A DNA stretch of 39,802 nt, taken from positions 1 through 39,802 of the forward strand of contig JBJLCA010000024.1 in the NCBI GenBank assembly GCA_045567915.1, written 5' to 3'. This DNA comes from Candidatus Poseidoniales archaeon (lineage in GTDB: Archaea > Thermoplasmatota > Poseidoniia > MGIII > CG-Epi1). The notes below the pieces were generated by a model. The model was not told the origin of the DNA. It was given only the letters and a program-made list of their open reading frames with translations, and did not search any database. A program made the translations under genes and the position numbers. Position 1 is the stretch's first letter. Each line of letters opens with the position of its first letter. This document shows, in pieces, positions 10,672 through 19,449 of this stretch.

Positions 10672-12246
10672 ATGGAACCAATAGGTCACGAAGGGTTAGG
10701 CAGACTTCTAAAGTTAGAAGAAGATTTGCAAACTCCTCATGTTGTATTCAGTCACTTAGACTTAGAAGAGTCTAGCGATTTAGAATCAGGAGGAACCATT
10801 AATATTGGTAAAAAATTTCATCTACCTCCGAGCCCATTAGGTCTCGATTCGAATAAATCACCTTATCTGCAATTGTCTGAAGATATTGCAGTTATTGATA
10901 ATGCTTATTCCATTCAGCCTAAAAAACTAGTTCAAATCGCATCAGACTTTAGGCTAGAAGCAGGTTATTCCAGATTACTCTATGCACCTGCAGTTGAACC
11001 GTCACAAATGCCAATTCTGGCATATCTAGGAGTAGATGTTTTTGATGATTTAAATGTTGAACTGCGTAGTTCAACTGGCTGGGTTTTAGATAGTGGTGAA
11101 TGGATAAAACAAAAAGAAAAAATAGATGATTTATTTTCTCATAACCAAGCTGAGCTTAGTCGCTGGATTTTAAAAATCAGAAATGCTATAGCAAATGGAA
11201 AATTGAGAGAACTGGTAGAAATTACTAGTTTACACAATCCTAGAGTGTCTCAAATATTATACCATTCAGCATCATTATTAATTGATAAAGGAGCTAGAGT
11301 TCATTCAACAATAAGATCAAACGATTTAAGTCTGAATCATCCCGCTATTCTTGATTTCCAAAGTAGATTGTCCGATTATGAACCTCCTGCAAAGGAGATG
11401 GTCTTGTTAATTCTACCTTGTTCTGCACGAAAACCATATTTTAAGAGTAGTAGCCATAAAAGATTTTTCAATACCCTTCGTGAACTGGATAATCATTTAG
11501 CTTTCCATGTTGTTTCAGTAACTTCACCATTAGGTTTAGTTCCTAGAGAATTAGAATTTTGCTATCCTGCAGCACATTACGATATTGCAGTAACAGGGAA
11601 TTGGAATGCATCAGAAGTTGAAATGCTTAGGACTCAATTAGCCAAATTAAATCCTAAAAAACATTATGCTAAGGCTATAGTTCATGCAGGTTCGTCTTCT
11701 GAAATAATGACGGATTTAGTTAAAGAATTAGGAATAGATGTAGTAAATACTAGAGTAGAAAGACCTTCTTCTTTTGAAGGTTTAGAAATTCTTCAAAATA
11801 TTGCAAGAATGACATTATCTGATATCCCTTTGTTGAATACCAAGGATAGGGCTAAAGGAGAAGCTAAAGGCTTAGCCCAATTTCAATATGGTAAAAATTC
11901 AGATTTCCTTGTTAATTCAGATATAAGTGGACGTATGCCTTATAAATTACGCTGTGGAGATTTAGCAGCCATGTCTCCAGTAGTGGGTGGTTTTGGTTTG
12001 ACTTTGAAAGGAGGAATCGAGTATAGTTTGCAGGGCGGCCCCATTATTATTGCAGAAGATTTTAAATTAATTGGAGATTTATTTGCAGTAGGAGTCAAGT
12101 CTTATACCGGAAATTGGAATATTGGAGATCAAGTAGTTATTAAACAGAATGATGATGTAACAGGAGTAGGAATTGCGAAAATGGCACCAGAAGAGATGAT
12201 TGCGATGAATAGAGGAATTGCAGTGGAGGTTAGACACCATGCCTGA
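10672..12246 (+). CDS. arcS: Archaeosine synthase subunit alpha (ArcS/TgtA2) with C-terminal PUA domain
   Basis: LAYLGVDVFD, LRELVE, LPCSARKPY..S.SH, VTSPLGLVPRELE..YPAAHYDIAVTG, and PUA-like C-terminus GVGIAKM...AVEVRH. Confidence 0.93.
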   Translation: MEPIGHEGLGRLLKLEEDLQTPHVVFSHLDLEESSDLESGGTINIGKKFHLPPSPLGLDSNKSPYLQLSEDIAVIDNAYSIQPKKLVQIASDFRLEAGYSRLLYAPAVEPSQMPILAYLGVDVFDDLNVELRSSTGWVLDSGEWIKQKEKIDDLFSHNQAELSRWILKIRNAIANGKLRELVEITSLHNPRVSQILYHSASLLIDKGARVHSTIRSNDLSLNHPAILDFQSRLSDYEPPAKEMVLLILPCSARKPYFKSSSHKRFFNTLRELDNHLAFHVVSVTSPLGLVPRELEFCYPAAHYDIAVTGNWNASEVEMLRTQLAKLNPKKHYAKAIVHAGSSSEIMTDLVKELGIDVVNTRVERPSSFEGLEILQNIARMTLSDIPLLNTKDRAKGEAKGLAQFQYGKNSDFLVNSDISGRMPYKLRCGDLAAMSPVVGGFGLTLKGGIEYSLQGGPIIIAEDFKLIGDLFAVGVKSYTGNWNIGDQVVIKQNDDVTGVGIAKMAPEEMIAMNRGIAVEVRHHA

Positions 12247-13291
12247 GGCATTTATTCCTTTAACAGATTTTGTTAACGAGGCGAAATCAGAGCCTAGTGC
12301 ACATCCGTTAGACAAACCTGTTGCAAAATGGACTGAAGAGGAAGTGCTGAACGGGAAAGTAGTTGAAGCAGGAGTTGTCATTCTAAGGACAAGAGGTTGT
12401 TATTGGTCAATAAAAGAAGGTTGTTCAATGTGCGGTTATTTTAACGATACCGTTCCAGGAGGTGTCAGTGATGAGATGCTTAGGGAGCAATGGAAGAAAG
12501 TAAGGCCAACATTGAAAGGAAAAAAGTATGCTAAAATATATACTTCAGGCTCATTTATAGATCCAACAGAAGTACCTTTTGATTTTGCAGATGAAGTAAT
12601 GTCTGACATGTCTGAAATGGGAGTTGAAAAAGTTCTAATTGAATCATTACCTGAGTTTGTTAATCCAAAGAATTTTGCATATACAAATTCACCAAAGTTA
12701 GAAATTGCAATTGGTTTAGAATCTTCGAGTTCAGTTGTTTTAGATAAATCTGTTAACAAGCGTTTACGATGGCCACATTTTGTAAAAGTATGCAAACTTG
12801 CACGCGATAATGGGGCTGAAGTTAAAGCCTATATTCTGCTTAAACCTCCTTATCTTAGTGAAAAGGAGAGTATAGAGGATGCAGTAAAATCTGCAATTGA
12901 TGCAGCACCCCATGTTGATAAAATATCAATCAATCCCGTAAATGTTCAGAAGAATACTGTAGTTGAAAAATTATGGTTTAGAAACGAATGGACGGCACCT
13001 TGGCTCTGGTCAGTTATTGAAGTTTTAAGAAAATGTGAAGATTTACCAATTAGAGTATATTCAGACCCAACTGGCGGAGGTACTCGTAGAGGCGCTCACA
13101 ATTGTCACGATTGCAATAAGAAAGTTTTAGAAGCCCTAAAGAATCATCGTCTTGGTTTGGGTAATTTGAAAGGTTTACATTGTAATTGTAAACCCCGTTG
13201 GAATACTTTAGTTAAGCAATCGAAATTAAGAAGAAATGGTTCAGAACCTCATGGATATAGAAGCGGTTTTGCAGGGAGCAGGCATTTTTAA
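12239..13291 (+). CDS. raSEA: Archaeosine biosynthesis radical SAM protein RaSEA
   Basis: ILRTRGCYWSIKEGCSMCGY (CX7CX2C), KIYTSGSF, AIGLES, KAYILLKPP, PWLWS, RGAHNC..C...C.C. ATG at 12239 overlaps the arcS end by 8 nt. Confidence 0.92.
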   Translation: MPEAFIPLTDFVNEAKSEPSAHPLDKPVAKWTEEEVLNGKVVEAGVVILRTRGCYWSIKEGCSMCGYFNDTVPGGVSDEMLREQWKKVRPTLKGKKYAKIYTSGSFIDPTEVPFDFADEVMSDMSEMGVEKVLIESLPEFVNPKNFAYTNSPKLEIAIGLESSSSVVLDKSVNKRLRWPHFVKVCKLARDNGAEVKAYILLKPPYLSEKESIEDAVKSAIDAAPHVDKISINPVNVQKNTVVEKLWFRNEWTAPWLWSVIEVLRKCEDLPIRVYSDPTGGGTRRGAHNCHDCNKKVLEALKNHRLGLGNLKGLHCNCKPRWNTLVKQSKLRRNGSEPHGYRSGFAGSRHF

Positions 13292-13314
13292 TGGGGTTAT
13301 TCTAGCGATTATCA

Positions 13315-14007
13315 ATGGAAGAAATAAATTGGCTTAGAGTTTTTGCAGGCCTATTGCTTGTTTTGTTCATTCCAGGTTACACTTTAATTCAAGCCATGTT
13401 TCCTAGAAGAGGCGAATTGGATGAAGAATTCGATACTCTCTATAGAGTTACTTTGGGAATGGCAATGTCGATTTGTATAGTCATAATAGTGGGCTTTATT
13501 TTAGGGAATCCAGCATTGGGGAATGCACCATCATGGGGGAATTCAGATGATGACAAAGGATACTTCCAAACATTTTTTGTTACAGTTTCATTATTAGCTT
13601 TATCTACCTTATTTTTTGTAGCTGGATGGTACAGAGGAGCATACCCTTGGACTGCAAATATTCACCCTAACCTTGCAAGAGCCCCTCCAGGAATTAGGAT
13701 TGAGTCTGAATTAGCAGTTGCAGGAAAGTACATACCTGCAGAATTAATTGAACTTCAGGGTTTGAAACATGATAGAGATAACGTCAAGCGCAAATTAGCT
13801 GAAGTAGAAACTCGAAAAAGGTCAGGAAGTTCAGTTATGAAGAAATACTATGAAAGAAAGGAAAAAACACTTTTAGCAGATTTAGCAGATATAGACTCAA
13901 AAATGGCAGATATAGATCAACAATTGAATAGACCTGGAGAAGGTGAGGGATTGTCTGCAGATGTAATACAGGATAATTCCTTAGACGCTTCCGGCGAAGA
14001 GGAATAA
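13315..14007 (+). CDS. DUF1616-like membrane protein with C-terminal coiled coil
   Basis: LRVFAGLLLVLFIPGYTLIQAMFP...LD...R..LG..MSI N-terminus, three TMs and a charged coiled-coil tail. Confidence 0.7.
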   Translation: MEEINWLRVFAGLLLVLFIPGYTLIQAMFPRRGELDEEFDTLYRVTLGMAMSICIVIIVGFILGNPALGNAPSWGNSDDDKGYFQTFFVTVSLLALSTLFFVAGWYRGAYPWTANIHPNLARAPPGIRIESELAVAGKYIPAELIELQGLKHDRDNVKRKLAEVETRKRSGSSVMKKYYERKEKTLLADLADIDSKMADIDQQLNRPGEGEGLSADVIQDNSLDASGEEE

Positions 14008-14009
14008 TT

Positions 14010-14363
14010 TTGGAGTATAAGCTAGTAATAGTAGTTAGAACAGATTTAGGAATATCCAAAGGTAAAATGGCTGCACAAGTTGCACATGCAGCTGTAAATT
14101 GTTCACTTAAATCGAAAAAATCAGATATCTCTAATTTTAAGGGATGGTACAATGATGGTCAGAAAAAAGTAGTTGTCAAAGGGACAAATGAGTCACTACT
14201 AAGGCAATTACAACAGCATGCTAGAGATATAGGAATAACTTCCAGTTTGATAAGTGATGCCGGCTTGACTGAAGTTCCCCCAGGAACAGTTACATGTTTA
14301 GGAATAGGTCCTGGTAATGAGTCAAAAATCAATGAAATCACCGGAAAGTTGTCTTTATTCTAA
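14010..14363 (+). CDS. pth2: Peptidyl-tRNA hydrolase, archaeal/eukaryotic type
   Basis: KLVIVVRTDL..SKGKMAAQVAHAA, GQKKVVVK, DAGLTEVPPGTVTCLGIGP. TTG start. Confidence 0.96.
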   Translation: MEYKLVIVVRTDLGISKGKMAAQVAHAAVNCSLKSKKSDISNFKGWYNDGQKKVVVKGTNESLLRQLQQHARDIGITSSLISDAGLTEVPPGTVTCLGIGPGNESKINEITGKLSLF

Positions 14364-14400
14364 ACCGAACGCTTTATTTATCACGCGTACTTAGAGCCGT

Positions 14401-15087
14401 ATGGCTTGGTTTGGTAAAAAGAAAGAAGAAAAGAAAAAATTTGATTACTCAGAAGAAACAAAAGAACTTTTTGCAGAAAGAGATGCTTACTATGCAGAGC
14501 AACGCCGCAAGTTAGGTGGCAGTGCTTCAAATCCCGAATTAGCAAATCAGGAGCAAGAATCTCAGTCACCTTCACGTAAAGAAGATTTAGATGATCTTTT
14601 AGGTGAATCTGGCGATTTTAATCCTTATGTAAACAAAGATGAGTCTGCACCTACATCAGCAGCCAGTATTCCATCATCACAATCATCTTCAGCATCTTCT
14701 TCAGCATATGTTTGTATTACTTGTGGGAAAGAATTTCAAGAAAAATGGGGTAAATGCCCATCGTGTGGGGGAGAGATGAAAAAAGCTGAAAGTTCATTAC
14801 CTGAGCCTACTTCTCAGGTTCAAGAGACTTCACAAGTTCAGGATGTCTCAAGTCCAGTATCAGGTAATTCAAATGTAGGAGATCCTCTTGATGATCTTCT
14901 TGGCGATTTTAGTCCGAATGCTGACAAAAATGATGATGATACATCAGAAGATTTACCTAATAATATTAGAATGGTTAGTGACGACGATGGCGGCCCTTCA
15001 ACAGATTTTGGTGCTCAACGGTCAAGTCATAGTAATCGTAAGAAAGTCCGTAAAGTTAGGAAAGTTAAAAGACCTCGCAAGCTATAA
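14401..15087 (+). CDS. Hypothetical low-complexity protein with a central zinc ribbon
   Basis: CITCG...KCPSCG within Ser/Asp-rich disordered sequence. Basic C-terminal tail. TATA (tttatta ~14373) upstream. Confidence 0.75.
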   Translation: MAWFGKKKEEKKKFDYSEETKELFAERDAYYAEQRRKLGGSASNPELANQEQESQSPSRKEDLDDLLGESGDFNPYVNKDESAPTSAASIPSSQSSSASSSAYVCITCGKEFQEKWGKCPSCGGEMKKAESSLPEPTSQVQETSQVQDVSSPVSGNSNVGDPLDDLLGDFSPNADKNDDDTSEDLPNNIRMVSDDDGGPSTDFGAQRSSHSNRKKVRKVRKVKRPRKL

Positions 15088-15098
15088 TAGGATTTCAG

Positions 15099-15956
15099 AT
15101 GCCAGATTCTGATAAAATACAAATACCTGAGACTGCAAAAGATATAGGTATTGCCATAGGCAGCGTGTTACTAGTTTTTCTATTAACCTTTGCTTACAGT
15201 GGCAATTGGCCACCTATGGTAGTCATTGAATCAGGTTCTATGGAGCACACAGATAATCCTTTGTATGATGAACCAGGGTTTACACATCTTGGAACAATAG
15301 ATACAGGAGATTTAGTTGTAGTTAAAGAAGCTGAAAAATCAGATATAGTAACATATCTTCAAGGCAAAAAAACAGATTATAAAAAATATGGAGATTATGG
15401 AGACGTAATTGTATTTTATAAAAATGGAATTAGAGAGTTCGATGGCAGTCCTGTAACTCCTGTAATTCATAGAGCAATGGCTTGGGTTGATGTTCTAGAA
15501 GAACCAAAAGACATGGATGGCGATAATATTACTGATTATTATTACATTCCTGAAATAGAAACTTATTTTGGTTCTAAGATAGAATTTTCAGAGATAGGTC
15601 TCAGTGGAGGTGCTCACCTTAAAGATTTAGAAAATTCAGGCTACATTACAAAGGGTGATTCAACAGGAAACCCGCATCCGGATCAGTTAACTCATAGAGA
15701 TATTAATAACAATCCAGTTCAACCTGTAGATCCAGATTGGGTTGTTGGAATGGCAAGAGGAGAGCTGCCATGGTTTGGTTTAATTAAATTAAAAGTAACT
15801 CAACCGGATAATTATGATAAAGCACCGTCGGGCTGTAAATCAATGCTTTGGATTTCTATAATTATTATTCTTGTAGGACCTTATTCTGTAGGTAAACTTT
15901 TAGAAGTAAGAGACAAAAGATTAGAATCTGCAGGAAAAAATAAGGCTAAACGTTAA
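15099..15956 (+). CDS. sec11: Signal peptidase I, archaeal Sec11/S26 type
   Basis: PPMVVIESGSM (catalytic Ser), IDTGDL, GDVIVF, PVIHRA (His), YITKGD, with N- and C-terminal TMs. Confidence 0.9.
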   Translation: MPDSDKIQIPETAKDIGIAIGSVLLVFLLTFAYSGNWPPMVVIESGSMEHTDNPLYDEPGFTHLGTIDTGDLVVVKEAEKSDIVTYLQGKKTDYKKYGDYGDVIVFYKNGIREFDGSPVTPVIHRAMAWVDVLEEPKDMDGDNITDYYYIPEIETYFGSKIEFSEIGLSGGAHLKDLENSGYITKGDSTGNPHPDQLTHRDINNNPVQPVDPDWVVGMARGELPWFGLIKLKVTQPDNYDKAPSGCKSMLWISIIIILVGPYSVGKLLEVRDKRLESAGKNKAKR

Positions 15957-15982
15957 GTATTCCTAAGTAGCGATGTATTAGC

Positions 15983-17509
15983 ATGTCTAAATCACCGGCC
16001 GCAGCCAAACGCGGAATTCCATCTAAGGAAAATTTCAAAGAATGGTACCCTTTTATGGTTGAAGCTGCAGAATTAGTTGATAAAAGATATCCAATAAAGG
16101 GAATGGACGTATGGAGGCCCTATGGTTGGAAAACTATGCGACTTATAGATAATTTAACACACGATGAAATGGAAAGAACAGACCATGAGGAAGTTCATTT
16201 TCCTCTTCTAATACCTGAGGACTTATTAGATAAAGAAAACAAGCTAGTCTCTTTACTAAAGAAAGCTAGAGAAGCTGGAGTCGACCCTTCAGAGCTTAGA
16301 TTAGAAGATGATGCTGAGGGATTTGCTAAAGAAGTCTATTGGATTAAACATGCAGGTGAAACTAAATTAGACAACCCTATGTTTTTGAGGCCAACAAGTG
16401 AAACTGCCATGTATACTATGTTTCCTTTATGGATACGTTCTCATGCAGACTTACCTCTGAAAACTTACCAAATAGTAAATACTTTTAGATATGAAACTAA
16501 GCAGACACGTTCATTTATTAGAGTTCGAGAAATACACTTTTTCGAAGCCCATACAGCACATATAGATGAAGAAGATGCTACAAGGCAAATAAACGAAGAT
16601 TTAGAAATTGTAAAGAATTTAATGAATGAATTGAATTTTCCAGTTCTAGTAACCAAAAGACCAGTTTGGGATACCTTCCCAGGTGCTTGGTACACTATTG
16701 CCATAGATGTGATAATGCCTGATGGGAGAACTTTGCAAGTTGCCTCAGTGCATCATTACAGAGACCAATGGGCCAAAGCCTTTGATGTAAAGTATGAAGA
16801 TGATTCGGGAGAGCAAAAATATGTTCACCAAACAACATACGGTATGTCTGAAAGATTACTTGGAGCTACAGTAGCAACGCACGGCGATGATAAGGGACTC
16901 ATAATGCCACCATCAATTGCCCCAATTCAAGTAGTGGTTGTTCCTATTCTTTCTAAGGAAGGCTCAGACGAAATAATTTCTGCAGCACATGAAATAGTTA
17001 GAAAGCTTAAAGCAGAAAAGATTAGAGTAAAATTAGATGATAGAGACATTAGGCCAGGACAAAAATATTATGATTGGGAAATAAAAGGAGTTCCTCTTAG
17101 AATAGAATTAGGTCCTAGAGATCTTAAATCTAATTCGTTTATGTGTGCTGCAAGAGCAGGAAATAAGTCTAGTTATAGCATAGATGATTTGTTACCTTCA
17201 GTAAAAGAAGAATTAAATTTAGTTAACAACTACATGAAAGAGAAAGCTAAGGAACATTTCAATCAGCACATCAAAAAAATGCCCAATTTAAAAATACATG
17301 GTTCAACTATTTCGCTTGAAGAAGAATTAGAAGAAGGATATGTATATGAAATGGCATTTGATGGTAATGATGCTGAAGCTGAAGCTATTGAAAAAGAAAC
17401 AGGTTTTTCTTTCTTGGGAGTGTCTACAAATGCTTACTCTGAAGAAAGAAAATGTATTATTTCTGGAAGGCCTACAAACAATAGAGTTTTCTTAGCTAAA
17501 ACATATTAA
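15983..17509 (+). CDS. proS: Proline--tRNA ligase, archaeal/eukaryotic type
   Basis: LRPTSET, DLPLK.YQIVNTFRYE, FFEAHTAH, HQTTYGMSER, HGDDKGL, WEIKGVPLRIELGPRD, FLAKTY C-terminus. Confidence 0.97.
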   Translation: MSKSPAAAKRGIPSKENFKEWYPFMVEAAELVDKRYPIKGMDVWRPYGWKTMRLIDNLTHDEMERTDHEEVHFPLLIPEDLLDKENKLVSLLKKAREAGVDPSELRLEDDAEGFAKEVYWIKHAGETKLDNPMFLRPTSETAMYTMFPLWIRSHADLPLKTYQIVNTFRYETKQTRSFIRVREIHFFEAHTAHIDEEDATRQINEDLEIVKNLMNELNFPVLVTKRPVWDTFPGAWYTIAIDVIMPDGRTLQVASVHHYRDQWAKAFDVKYEDDSGEQKYVHQTTYGMSERLLGATVATHGDDKGLIMPPSIAPIQVVVVPILSKEGSDEIISAAHEIVRKLKAEKIRVKLDDRDIRPGQKYYDWEIKGVPLRIELGPRDLKSNSFMCAARAGNKSSYSIDDLLPSVKEELNLVNNYMKEKAKEHFNQHIKKMPNLKIHGSTISLEEELEEGYVYEMAFDGNDAEAEAIEKETGFSFLGVSTNAYSEERKCIISGRPTNNRVFLAKTY

Positions 17510-17535
17510 ATCTATATTCAAGGAATAGTAAAGTT

Positions 17536-17553
17536 AGACTTTATATACAGTCT
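17536..17553 (+). promoter_or_regulatory. TATA box of the pilin gene, embedded in an inverted repeat
   Basis: AGACT-TTATATAC-AGTCT. Confidence 0.6.
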
Positions 17554-17571
17554 GTGACAATGTTAATGTCC

Positions 17572-17603
17572 GACAGTCGAATCACTAGTGGTTCAAAACT
17601 GTC
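17572..17603 (+). promoter_or_regulatory. 5'-UTR hairpin upstream of the pilin ribosome-binding site
   Basis: GACAGU-C-GAAUCA-(CUAG)-UGGUUC-AAA-ACUGUC, followed by AAAGAGGAC (SD-like) and ATG at 17621. Confidence 0.6.
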
Positions 17604-17620
17604 TGAAAGAGGACGCAACC

Positions 17621-18187
17621 ATGGAACACAGAATAGAAAAAAACGATGAGGGAGTTTCCCCAGTTATTGCCGTTATATTAATGGTGGCAATTACAGTTGT
17701 TTTAGCAGCTGTGCTGTACGTTTGGGCAGCCAGTTTCCTAGAGCAAGGAGAATCAGCCCCTATAGCCACTTTCTTTGTATCACAAGATAGTGCAAATATA
17801 TATCACGTAGAAGTGATTAAAGTTAGCAAACAAGAAGATTTACTCGGATTTAGTTTCTTCTTGAAGGACGGATCTGGATCGACATATGTCGGTGGCAACG
17901 GCTTTGGTGAAGTTGCTATGCAATTCCAGGGCGGTGAAGAGATGGGTATAGATATGACCTATAACGCAGATGATGAAGCATTAAAGAGCAGAGCAACCAA
18001 TGTCTCCGATGACAATGGTAGTCAGTTCCCAGTGCACTTCTCTGACAACGACCGCGATGGCAAATTGTCATCTGGTGACCAATTCTTAGTCTATGGACCT
18101 GACGCAGGCCCAGCAGAAGATGGTTGGAAACTAGATATCCAATTTGATGCAACCGGAGACATTATTGGCTCCGCTAAATTACTCTAG
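17621..18187 (+). CDS. Archaeal type IV pilin (class III signal peptide, Pilin_N/DUF1628)
   Basis: MEHRIEKNDEG|VSPVIAVILMVAITVVLAAVLYVW is a PibD/FlaK-type cleavage site plus H-domain. C-terminal DNDRDGKLSSGD. ATG at 17621 follows the SD-like sequence. Confidence 0.9.
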   Translation: MEHRIEKNDEGVSPVIAVILMVAITVVLAAVLYVWAASFLEQGESAPIATFFVSQDSANIYHVEVIKVSKQEDLLGFSFFLKDGSGSTYVGGNGFGEVAMQFQGGEEMGIDMTYNADDEALKSRATNVSDDNGSQFPVHFSDNDRDGKLSSGDQFLVYGPDAGPAEDGWKLDIQFDATGDIIGSAKLL

Positions 18188-18206
18188 AGTAGTTTAGATA
18201 GGAAAT

Positions 18207-18273
18207 GTAACGTAGGATAGGGGACTCAGTTCCCCTATCTCTCGCTTACGACTTTTTTTATTTTTATTTTTTT
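18207..18273 (+). terminator. Hairpin plus U-tract terminator or 3' stabilising structure after the pilin gene
   Basis: Perfect 9-bp stem GATAGGGGA(ctcagt)TCCCCTATC (18216-18239), outer GTAA-CG/CG-c-TTAC pairing, then TTTTTTTATTTTTATTTTTTT. Confidence 0.8.
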
Positions 18274-18332
18274 ACTAGCGAAGCTTTTATGTTTATATCT
18301 TAATCATCACGATTAGGAGTCAGTACAGATTA

Positions 18333-19436
18333 ATGAAGAAAATAAGCTTAATCTTAATTACATTTCTTTTAATTACAGGAGCCTCAGGATCTTATGGTTA
18401 TTTTGTATATATTTATGATAATGGTAATTCTAGTTCCGAAGATGCTATAGTTAGAGATGAAATAGTAGAAGAAGAACAATCCGAAACTTCTCAGAATCAG
18501 ACGGTAAGTAATGAAACAGAAGAACCTGAAGAAGAAAACTTACCTTTTGATATAGTAGGGATTTATAATTGCATAGAACATGATTCAGAACAAAGATGTT
18601 GGCAGGTGCATATACCCGATGGCCTGGATACCAGTACTCCAGTTCCTTTGATAGTAGATATTCACGGCTATTCTTCTAATTCAACTAATCACAGAGCATT
18701 ATCCGATTTTGACTCAATTGCTAATGATTTTGGAGCAATTGTACTATATCCCGATGGACTCACAAGCCAAAACCCTTGGGATACAGATTCCAATCAAGGT
18801 TGGAATGCAGGATGGTGTTGTGGTAGGCCAGCAAGTGAAAATGTTGATGATGTAGGGTTCATAGAAGAAATAATTAGCATTTCTTTAGAAATTTATAATA
18901 TTGATTCAGATAGAATATATGCCTCTGGGTGGTCTAATGGTTGCGCTATGGCACAAAGAATGGCTATGGAATCAAGCCATATCTTTGCAGCAGTAGGTTG
19001 CATGTCATTTTATCTTCTTATGACTCCAATTAATACTTACAGTCCAATACCTATAATGGAAGTGCATGGTTTTTTGGATCAAGTAGTATTGTATGAATCA
19101 TCAGTCCTAAGCGTACCAACAAATCCAGAATCATGGACAGATCCAGAAGCCGTCCAAACTGGAGCTATTGAAAATTTATATGAGTGGGCAGACTTGAACG
19201 GCTGTACAGGCCTTACTCCAGATTACAACGACCAGCAACCCCTTTATTCGATTCAGGGGTTTTCAAATTGTGTAAATAATTCTCAAGTTCGTCTTATGAC
19301 AATATTTGGAGCTCAACATAACCCATATGCTAAGGACTATCCAGGGGAAGGCCTGGGAATATTACTACCAGGAACTCAAGGGTTAGTTCAAAGTAGCTAT
19401 ATTGTCTGGGATTTTCTCAGTCAATTTTCTAAGTAA
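18333..19436 (+). CDS. Membrane-anchored or secreted PHB-depolymerase/LpqC-family esterase (alpha/beta hydrolase)
   Basis: N-terminal TM and acidic linker, PLIVDIHG, WNAGWCCG, DDVGFI, IYASGWSNGCAM (GxSxG), VHG.LDQVV (Asp), QHNP (candidate His). Confidence 0.85.
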   Translation: MKKISLILITFLLITGASGSYGYFVYIYDNGNSSSEDAIVRDEIVEEEQSETSQNQTVSNETEEPEEENLPFDIVGIYNCIEHDSEQRCWQVHIPDGLDTSTPVPLIVDIHGYSSNSTNHRALSDFDSIANDFGAIVLYPDGLTSQNPWDTDSNQGWNAGWCCGRPASENVDDVGFIEEIISISLEIYNIDSDRIYASGWSNGCAMAQRMAMESSHIFAAVGCMSFYLLMTPINTYSPIPIMEVHGFLDQVVLYESSVLSVPTNPESWTDPEAVQTGAIENLYEWADLNGCTGLTPDYNDQQPLYSIQGFSNCVNNSQVRLMTIFGAQHNPYAKDYPGEGLGILLPGTQGLVQSSYIVWDFLSQFSK

Positions 19437-19449
19437 CGCAGTTTAATTT

